Source: Candidatus Portnoybacteria bacterium (GTDB lineage Bacteria; Patescibacteriota; Minisyncoccia; Portnoybacterales; GWB1-42-6). Taken from it: a stretch of 64,000 bases of DNA. The translations under genes were made by a program, and so were the position numbers. The notes below the pieces were generated by a model, which saw only the letters and a list, made by a program, of their open reading frames with translations, had not been told where the DNA came from and did not search any database. Location of the stretch: contig JACQXN010000022.1 of NCBI GenBank assembly GCA_016208745.1, positions 19,212 to 83,211 on the forward strand, given 5' to 3'. Of this stretch, positions 56,808 through 64,000 are shown piece after piece (position 1 is the first letter of the stretch; each line of letters begins with the position of its first letter).

Positions 56808-56974
56808 ATAAATCCAAAATCCTAAACTCTAAATAAACTCAAAATTCAAATGTTCTAAATTTAAAACTTCTGATTTTGTCATTCCGGCGAAATCCGGACT
56901 CTAGGTTCGTTTTAGATTTTGGATTTTGGTTATTGGGATTTGTTTAGAGTTTAGGATTTAGAATTTAGGGTTTT
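56808..56974. repeat. Low-complexity heptad inverted repeat
   Basis: aaatcc/aaactct units mirrored by ggattt/agagttt units; central GTCATTCCGG remnant. Confidence 0.7.
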
Positions 56975-58918
56975 TTAGAAATCGTATTCTCCAAACTCTT
57001 CCGGCTCGCCAATTAAGTCTATGAGATGCTTTGGTATATCAAATAAAAACCTTGAGGGCGGATTGACTTGGATGCTGCCATATAAGTTTCTTTGCTGGGC
57101 AAAAGTTAAAAAAAGCTGTTCTTTGGCGCGCGTTATGCCAACATAGCAAAGCCGCCGTTCTTCCTCCATTTGCCAAACATCCATCATTGAGCGGGAATGC
57201 GGAAACAGGCCTTCTTCGCAGCCGATAATAAAAATCACGGGAAATTCAAGACCCTTGGCGCAATGAAGCGTCATTAGATTAACCAAGTCTTTTTGTGTTT
57301 CCACGTCATCATGATTTGACATTAGCGCTACTTCTTCCAAAAAAGAGGATAAACCTTCTTGGGGGCTTAGCGCGTCATATTTTTTGGTCACTGAAAAAAG
57401 TTCCTCAACATTTTCCCATCGGCAATCCCCCTCTGGCGAGCCGTCTCGCAAATAATTTTCCAATCCGATTTTTTTAATGACTTGCTTTAGGGTTTGCGAA
57501 AGAGGTAGAATTTTTGCGGTTTCTCTTAAGTCAGAAATTAAATCCTGAAAGTCTTTTAGGGCTTTGGTTTTTCTTGGGGTGAGCTCTGATATGAGTGCTT
57601 CACTTGGCCGGGTTAATAAATCAACAGCTCGCTTATCTTTTCCCAGCCCCCGCGGCGGCAAGTTGATGATTCTTTCAAGGCTTAGCGCATCTTGCGGGTT
57701 CTGGATAAAGCGCAGATAGGCGATTAGGTCCTTAATTTCCTTGCGTTCATAAAATTTAAGCGTGCCGATAACTTTATAAGGAAAGCCGAATTTCAAAAAC
57801 GCTTCTTCAATTGCCCGCGACTGGGCATTGGTGCGGTAAAGCACAGCAAAGTCCTTAAAGGATAATCCCCTTTTTGATTTCTGGCGGCTGATTTCCTGAA
57901 TAACAAACTGGCCCTCATCTCCCTCATCTTTGGCGGCAAAAAAAGTTATTTTGTGGCCGGCAGAATTTTCTGTCCAAAGCTGTTTGTCTTTGCGATTGAT
58001 ATTTTTTGAGATGATTGCCTGGCTAGCATCTAAAATGTTTTGGGTGGAGCGATAGTTTTGTTCTAAAAACACTAGTTTTGCTTCGGGGTAATCCTTTTCA
58101 AAATTTAAGATATTGCGGAAATCCGCTCCCCGGAAAGCATAGATTGACTGGTCAAAATCGCCGACCGCGCAAATGTTCCGGTTTTTGGCAGCCAAAAGAT
58201 TAACAAAGACATATTGAGCATGGTTTGTGTCCTGATATTCGTCAACTAAAAGATATTTAAAGCGATCTTGATATTTTTCCAGAATTTCGGGGTGGTCTTT
58301 AAAAAGTTTATTTGCCAACATCAGCAAGTCATCAAAATCCATTGCATTGTGACTTTTGAGGCCGGCCTGATATTTCTCGTAAACTCTTGAAACTATCTGC
58401 TGAAAATATTCAGCGCCTGACTGGCTGTAGAGTTTTTGATCTATGAGTTCGCTTTTGGCTTGCGAGATTATAGCTTGGATTGTCTGGGGTTTAAATTGTT
58501 CTTGAGAAATTTCCAAATCAGCCATCACCTTTTTTACTAAAGCCAAGCTGTCTTTGTCGTCAAAAATGACAAAATCCTTTTTATAGCCCAAAAGCTCTGC
58601 TTCTTGACGCAGAATTCTGGCGCAAATTGAATGGAACGTGCCAACTAAAGGCAGGTGAGCCGGCGTTTGGGGCTTAGCAAATTGATTATAAGCCAAAAGT
58701 TTTTGCAGGCGTTGCTTCATTTCGTCGGCTGCCTTATTGGTAAAGGTGACGGCCATTATGCTTTGTGGCGCCACCCCCTGTTCTATTAAATAGGCAACGC
58801 GGTGAGTCAGGACTTTTGTTTTGCCAGAGCCCGGACCAGCCACAACCAAAATCGGGCCTTCGGTTGTAATCACGGCCTCGCGTTGTTTTTCGTTAAGAGA
58901 GTTTATAATAGAAGACAT
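56975..58918 (-). CDS. pcrA: UvrD/PcrA DNA helicase
   Basis: AGPGSGKT, TFTNKAA, DEYQD, GD.DQSIY.FRGA, NYRS, LYRTNAQ, KGLEF, EERRL.YV.ITRA. Confidence 0.93.
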   Translation of the reverse strand: MSSIINSLNEKQREAVITTEGPILVVAGPGSGKTKVLTHRVAYLIEQGVAPQSIMAVTFTNKAADEMKQRLQKLLAYNQFAKPQTPAHLPLVGTFHSICARILRQEAELLGYKKDFVIFDDKDSLALVKKVMADLEISQEQFKPQTIQAIISQAKSELIDQKLYSQSGAEYFQQIVSRVYEKYQAGLKSHNAMDFDDLLMLANKLFKDHPEILEKYQDRFKYLLVDEYQDTNHAQYVFVNLLAAKNRNICAVGDFDQSIYAFRGADFRNILNFEKDYPEAKLVFLEQNYRSTQNILDASQAIISKNINRKDKQLWTENSAGHKITFFAAKDEGDEGQFVIQEISRQKSKRGLSFKDFAVLYRTNAQSRAIEEAFLKFGFPYKVIGTLKFYERKEIKDLIAYLRFIQNPQDALSLERIINLPPRGLGKDKRAVDLLTRPSEALISELTPRKTKALKDFQDLISDLRETAKILPLSQTLKQVIKKIGLENYLRDGSPEGDCRWENVEELFSVTKKYDALSPQEGLSSFLEEVALMSNHDDVETQKDLVNLMTLHCAKGLEFPVIFIIGCEEGLFPHSRSMMDVWQMEEERRLCYVGITRAKEQLFLTFAQQRNLYGSIQVNPPSRFLFDIPKHLIDLIGEPEEFGEYDF

Positions 58919-59008
58919 TTTTTATCCAGTATAACGCAAAAGCGGAAAAACTAAAAATAGGATACCGTGATTCACGACAATCTCATACGTTTGCAGTTGT
59001 TGTGCGGT

Positions 59009-59059
59009 ATTGCTTCGTCGCCCCGCCCGCTGTGGCGGGCTTGGCTCCTCGCAATGACA
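59009..59059. repeat. ATTGCTTCGTCG...CTCCTCGCAATGAC palindromic element with nested CCCGC/GCGGG hairpin
   Basis: Seen directly; remnant partner arm at ~58965-58984. Confidence 0.6.
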
Positions 59060-59168
59060 GGGCGGTGTTTTTACGCACAATTTTTAGTTTCTTTGCCTGT
59101 TAATTTCTTGTGGACAGATTTCTTGACCCGTTATACCAAAAAATGCTAGGATTTATAGGCAGCAAAGG

Positions 59169-60344
59169 ATGAGTACAACCCTTAAAAATCCCTCAAATAA
59201 GCCAAAAATGGCCTTGAGGGAGTCAAGGAAAAGTATTCGCCAAATGGTATTTGGCGCTTTTATGATTAAGAAGAAATGGCTGTTAAGCGCAGCCGTTATT
59301 TTATTTACTTTTATTACGCTAGATTGTTTCTGCGCTCCTCCGTTTAAAGACATTTCTGAAAAACCAATTTTGTTTAACAAAGAAGAAACGCAGGTAGTTT
59401 TTGGACAAATATTTTCAAACCAGGAGCAGTCGCTTATTGGAAGCGCGGGAATTTTAGGCGGCCCATCGATTTTAGGATCTCTGGTCGCTTCTGTGGCGCA
59501 AGCGAGCATTGATTTTTCCGCTGACGATGCTTTTGAGGACGCAGACTTACTGCTGCTCCAGGAGAATTCTTTAATATCAGCCAATAATCCGGCTGGCACA
59601 GTTGGTTTTTCCGAATTTAATCGTGAAGTTAGGACTTACGTTGTAAAACAAGGCGACACGCCCGAGGAGATTGCCATCTCTTTTGGTATTAATTCCTATA
59701 CTTTGCTTTGGGCCAATAACTTAAGAGATGGTGATATTATCAGGCCAGGCGATAAGCTGACAATTTTGCCGATTAACGGGGTGAGAGTTAAAGTTGGCGC
59801 GGCGGATACAGTAGCCTCTTTGGCAAAAAAGTACAAAGGTGATTCAATGGAAATCATAGCTTTTAATAGCCTTCCGCTTGACGGAGCGCTTAAGGCTGGC
59901 GAATACATCATTATTCCTGATGGCGAAACGCCTAGCCTGCCTAAGCCAAAATATACAGCGCCGGCTACAAAATATGCCAAATCAACCACGCCGGCTAGCA
60001 GCTGGTTGATCTGGCCGACATCCGGACAAAACTGGGGCAGGATTCATGGTAATAACGGCGTTGACGTTGCCAATAAATGCGGCACGCCGATATACGCGGC
60101 CGCTACTGGCAAAGTTATTATTTCAGATGGCGTTGGTTGGAATGGCGGTTATGGTAAGTATGTTAAGATACAACATCCAAATGGCGTAGCCACTCTTTAT
60201 GCTCATGCCACCCAACTTTTGGTCTCGGCCGGAGAACAGGTTGGACAGGGTCAGGTGATCGCTTTGATGGGCACCACCGGCCGCTCTACTGGCTGTCATT
60301 TGCATTTTGAGGTGAGAGGCGCGGCCAATCCATTAGCTAGGTAA
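59169..60344 (+). CDS. LysM + M23 peptidase
   Basis: Two LysM domains (YVVKQGDT), H..NGVD.A, GGYG, YAH, TGRSTG.HLHFE. Confidence 0.9.
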   Translation: MSTTLKNPSNKPKMALRESRKSIRQMVFGAFMIKKKWLLSAAVILFTFITLDCFCAPPFKDISEKPILFNKEETQVVFGQIFSNQEQSLIGSAGILGGPSILGSLVASVAQASIDFSADDAFEDADLLLLQENSLISANNPAGTVGFSEFNREVRTYVVKQGDTPEEIAISFGINSYTLLWANNLRDGDIIRPGDKLTILPINGVRVKVGAADTVASLAKKYKGDSMEIIAFNSLPLDGALKAGEYIIIPDGETPSLPKPKYTAPATKYAKSTTPASSWLIWPTSGQNWGRIHGNNGVDVANKCGTPIYAAATGKVIISDGVGWNGGYGKYVKIQHPNGVATLYAHATQLLVSAGEQVGQGQVIALMGTTGRSTGCHLHFEVRGAANPLAR

Positions 60345-60404
60345 TATTTGTAGAACTAGATAGGAATTATTAAAAAGCCCGAGAGGGCTTTTTAAAGTTA
60401 CGAA

Positions 60405-60567
60405 TATCTAATTCCTAATTCCTAATTTCTAATAAAAATCCCAATGCCCAATGTTAAAAAATAAAGCAGCGGACATTTTATTGGGGATTGAGAATTATTT
60501 AGGTCAATTAGCCCGCCCTCGGCAAGCCGAAGGCGAGGCCGGGGAAATTAGGTTAATTAGAAATTTA
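60405..60567. repeat. Low-complexity heptad inverted repeat with nested GC hairpin (filled copy)
   Basis: Homolog of 19153-19286 plus insert at ~60512-60542. Confidence 0.7.
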
Positions 60568-62103
60568 ATTTTCTTCCTTCGGTCTATATTGCAATGCTTC
60601 AGCCAAATACTGGGTTTTGATTTCCGCGTCTTGAGCCAAATCAGCAATGGTTCTGGCCAGTTTCAAAATCCGATGATAAGAGCGGGCTGATAAATGCATT
60701 GTGTTAACCGCATTCTTCAAAATTTGCTGGCCAGTTGAATCAATCGGGCAATACCTCTTTATTTGCCGTAAATCCATTTCTGAATTGGTGACAATATTTT
60801 CTTCTTTGAATCTTTCTTTTTGTATTTCTCGAGCTTGCCCAACCCTTTCTCTTATTAAAGCGCTTTCTTCGGCCACTTTTTCTGTGGCCAGCTTATCATA
60901 TTTTATTGGCGGCACTTCAATATGCAGATCAATGCGGTCTATTAATGGTCCGGAAACTCGTCTTTTGTATTTGGCAATTTGTCCTTGTGAGCAAACGCAA
61001 TGTTTGGCAGGATTGGTTAAATTGCCGCAGGGACAGGGATTCATTGCCGCTACTAAAATAAAACGGGCGGGGAAATTGAGCGTGCCCTGCGCCCGGGAAA
61101 CAGTAATAATGCCGTCTTCCAGGGGCTGTCGCAAGGCCTCCAAGACATCGCGGTGAAATTCCGGGAATTCATCTAAAAACAAAACGCCCCGGTGGGCTAA
61201 AGTTATTTCCCCGGGTTTGGGATGATTGCCGCCGCCAACCAAGGCAGGCGCTGAAGCGGTATGATGAGGGCTGCGAAAAGGCCGCTCGGTGATTAATGGT
61301 TTTGAATTGCCAAGACGGCCAGCCACGCTGAAAATTTTAGTTACATCCAAAGCCTCCCCAAGATTTAATGGGGGCAGAATTGTTGGCAGGGTCCGCGCTA
61401 ACAATGTTTTGCCAGCGCCGGGCGGGCCAGACATTGCTATGTTGTGGCCGCCAGCAGCGGCGATTTCAAGCGCCCGTTTGGCGCTCTCTTGGCCTTTAAC
61501 ATAGGCCATGTCATATGGGGAGTCGCTTTCTATATAATATTGGCTAACATCGGTTAGGGGGCTGGATTCAATTAATTGTTTGCTTTCAAGATGTAAAAAT
61601 AGATCTTCTAAATTTTGGGCGCCAAAAACCTTTATGCCTTTAACGAGCGCTGCTTCAGCGGCGTCAGCTTTGGGTAAAAAAATATTTTCAAAGCCTCTAG
61701 CTTTGGCCATAAGCGCCAGAGCCAAAGCGCCATTTGTATGGCGCAGTCCCCCTTCCAAGGATAGCTCGCCGATAAAAAGAGATTTGGCTAAGTCTATGTT
61801 TTTTGGCGCCACTTGTTCAGAAGCAATCAAAAAAGCTACGGCAATTGGCAGATCGTAGCTTGGCCCTTCTTTTTTTAAATCAGCTGGCGCCAGATTGACT
61901 GTTACGCGGCGGTTGGAATGATGCGGCGGTGAGGCGCCCGAGTTTTTAATAGCCGAAGAAACTCTTTCTTTTGACTCCTTAATTGCGGCATCAGGCAAGC
62001 CGACAATAGAAAAATTATGCAAACCCGGCGACATATCAACTTCGACTTCAATCGGCAGGCAGTCAAGGCCAATTAAAGCAGCGGAATAGACTTTGGAAGG
62101 CAT
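60565..62103 (-). CDS. comM: YifB/ComM Mg-chelatase-like AAA+ ATPase
   Basis: VGLPD...ES.ERV, NLAPADL.K.G, GPPGAGKT, RSPHH, FLDE.PEF, AMNPCPCG. Confidence 0.92.
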   Translation of the reverse strand: MPSKVYSAALIGLDCLPIEVEVDMSPGLHNFSIVGLPDAAIKESKERVSSAIKNSGASPPHHSNRRVTVNLAPADLKKEGPSYDLPIAVAFLIASEQVAPKNIDLAKSLFIGELSLEGGLRHTNGALALALMAKARGFENIFLPKADAAEAALVKGIKVFGAQNLEDLFLHLESKQLIESSPLTDVSQYYIESDSPYDMAYVKGQESAKRALEIAAAGGHNIAMSGPPGAGKTLLARTLPTILPPLNLGEALDVTKIFSVAGRLGNSKPLITERPFRSPHHTASAPALVGGGNHPKPGEITLAHRGVLFLDEFPEFHRDVLEALRQPLEDGIITVSRAQGTLNFPARFILVAAMNPCPCGNLTNPAKHCVCSQGQIAKYKRRVSGPLIDRIDLHIEVPPIKYDKLATEKVAEESALIRERVGQAREIQKERFKEENIVTNSEMDLRQIKRYCPIDSTGQQILKNAVNTMHLSARSYHRILKLARTIADLAQDAEIKTQYLAEALQYRPKEEN

Positions 62104-62254
62104 AAGATTTAACGATAATTAGAAATAATCTAAAATGTAAATATCAAAAATCAAAATGACAATGTAAAATGCAAAATTATTAAATTCATTTTTAAATTTT
62201 GTTCGTCAACTGGCGGATCATTTTCCATTTTGATTTTTGCATTTTTAATTACTT

Positions 62255-63859
62255 TCAATAAATTGGCAGCTCGACGAAGAATGTCGAGCCTTTCCCTTCT
62301 CCTTCGCTTTCAGCCCAAACTTTGCCTTTGTGCTCTTCAATTAGTTTTTTGGCCACATAAAGCCCTAGGCCTATGCCCTCAGTCCAGAGTTTGGGCACTT
62401 TTTTGCCTCGCACAAATTTACCAAAAATCATTGCTAGTTCTTCCCCGTCCATTCCAATGCCCGTGTCTTTAACCGAGAATAAAGTTTTATTGCCGGCTGA
62501 TTTAGCCAGCTTTATCTCCACATATCCTTCGTGAGTATATTTAATGGCATTATCAATTAAATTCATAATCACTTGGCGCAGTTTTTCTGAATCAGCCCGA
62601 ACAATCATTTTATCGTAAAACTGCGGATCCCATTTTAACTCCAGCCTTTTCTTGTCAGCGGTGGTTTTAAGTTCGTCAGCAACACTACTGACAAGCTCTG
62701 TCAGCGATATAGATTCCCATTTAAATTGCATTTTCCCCCCTTCTATGCGGGAGATATCAAGCAGATCATCAATTAGATGGCTTAATCTTTCGTTGCTGGC
62801 GTTTATTTTTTCTAAAATTTCTTTAGCTTGGTTGGGTAAGGATCCATAAGTTCCTTCAGTCAGCATGGAAACAAAGCCTTTGATAATAGAAAGCGGAGTG
62901 CGCAACTGATGCGAGGCAATAGAGATAAATTCTGATTTAGCTTTGTCTAACCTTTGTAAGTCTTCGTTGGCCTTTTTTAGTTGTTCTGTTAGCGCTGTTA
63001 ATTCTTCTCTGGTCCTGACTTCTTTTAAAACACCGCGAATGAGGAGGATGCTAAAGAAAGAAACGGCGCCAAAAAGTGAAAAATTAAGCACAACTGCGTT
63101 TACTGATTCAGAAAACAGAGCATTAATTAGGAGGATTAATGATATGAGAGCACCAAAAATTTCCGTGGCAATAACTTTTACATTCATCAGATGGTGTTTT
63201 AAAATCGCATAGACAATAAAAACAACCATCGGGATTGTCATTACCTGTCCCAGCCAATTGAAATAAAAGATATTGAATGAGGGGAGAGTCAAATTGGAAA
63301 AGTTGGCTAAAATAGTCGGGATAAATGTGCCCCATAAAATAAATCGGATCTGCACTTTATTGATGCCCGAGGCAGACCAGTATTTTTTAAAAAGGATAAA
63401 AAATAAGACCGAAAAATAGAGCAGAAAATAAATATTATAAACTAAATAATAAGCCCCCCAGAGGATTTCTTTTTCTTGGCCCGACCCTATTTTGACGCCG
63501 CTCACAATATATCCGTTTCTGGCTGCCATAACTGCAAGAATAATCGTAGGCAGCCACATAAAAAACCGGACATATTTATTGACATTTATCTGGCCCTCAG
63601 GGAGGGTGAAGACAAAATACATAAGAGTTGGCGGGATAAGCAGGGCGACTTCGTATAAAATCCTTACCCAAAAAATAGCGTCCTGCTGGGCGTTTGCGTT
63701 TCTAAAAAGAAACATGGCGACACACCAAGAAACAAGCGAGACAACAAACAAGCTAAACCATTGGTTTAGCTTGTTTTTGGGGTTCCTAAAATATACAAAC
63801 CCTCCTAGTAGGCTATTTGTAATAGCAGCTATAATAATTAGAATATTTTGTATATCCAT
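62255..63859 (-). CDS. Membrane sensor histidine kinase (multi-TM N-terminus)
   Basis: SHQLRTPL H-box, NL.DNAIKY, DTGIG, G.GLGL, G.GSTF. Confidence 0.92.
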   Translation of the reverse strand: MDIQNILIIIAAITNSLLGGFVYFRNPKNKLNQWFSLFVVSLVSWCVAMFLFRNANAQQDAIFWVRILYEVALLIPPTLMYFVFTLPEGQINVNKYVRFFMWLPTIILAVMAARNGYIVSGVKIGSGQEKEILWGAYYLVYNIYFLLYFSVLFFILFKKYWSASGINKVQIRFILWGTFIPTILANFSNLTLPSFNIFYFNWLGQVMTIPMVVFIVYAILKHHLMNVKVIATEIFGALISLILLINALFSESVNAVVLNFSLFGAVSFFSILLIRGVLKEVRTREELTALTEQLKKANEDLQRLDKAKSEFISIASHQLRTPLSIIKGFVSMLTEGTYGSLPNQAKEILEKINASNERLSHLIDDLLDISRIEGGKMQFKWESISLTELVSSVADELKTTADKKRLELKWDPQFYDKMIVRADSEKLRQVIMNLIDNAIKYTHEGYVEIKLAKSAGNKTLFSVKDTGIGMDGEELAMIFGKFVRGKKVPKLWTEGIGLGLYVAKKLIEEHKGKVWAESEGEGKGSTFFVELPIY

Positions 63860-63865
63860 TTGCCG

Positions 63866-64000
63866 CTAGCAGTTGTGCAATTTTTCTGTAATTATTTTTT
63901 TGATTTCATTTATTTTTTCAGGCGCATAAACCTTGCCCGAGCGCTGGTAGTTGTCTATTCTAAAACCCAATAATTCCCCGAGTTCGCCAAATTGATTAAT
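63866..64000 (-). CDS. C-terminus of an unidentified CDS entering from window edge
   Basis: Open frame ...FGELGELLGFRIDNYQRSGKVYAPEKINEIKKIITEKLHNC* ending just before the kinase. Confidence 0.45.
   Translation of the reverse strand: MNQFGELGELLGFRIDNYQRSGKVYAPEKINEIKKIITEKLHNC

Noticed and set aside
1-64000. CRISPR array
   Set aside because: I found no regularly spaced direct repeats with unique spacers and no cas genes; the repeats are dispersed palindromes.
1-64000. tRNA, rRNA or tmRNA genes
   Set aside because: I recognised no cloverleaf with T-loop GTTCGA context and no rRNA signature by eye.

Overview
This is a 64-kb, AT-rich bacterial chromosomal window spanning the replication origin (dciA-dnaN-oriC-dnaA / rpmH-rnpA-yidD-yidC-jag). 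Gene content suggests a Patescibacteria/CPR (Parcubacteria-like) genome; this is an inference from the short PolA and AspRS, PilB ATPase, ComM, and the VirB4/PrgI/VirB6-like cluster. Most genes are housekeeping, DNA-repair or cell-envelope genes (murE, femX-like, ruvA/B/C, uvrB, holA, polA, tsaE, tyrS, aspS, PBP1A, rsmA, pcrA). There is also one IS1595-family element and a probable 6S RNA. The most striking signal is a dense set of short palindromic repeat families that nest inside one another, with matched empty and filled copies. They also sit in-frame inside at least six conserved genes, adding foreign peptides, and occur near a stand-alone GIY-YIG nuclease and an inverted-repeat-flanked four-helix-bundle gene. 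Further observations are a two-copy ~200-bp element and a ~105-bp MITE-like element (both with compensatory base changes), orphan-gene cassettes with a boxA-like leader and strong Shine-Dalgarno (SD) sequence, and two unannotated small ORFs. All calls were made by eye from the sequence and the ORF track; no database searches were run.
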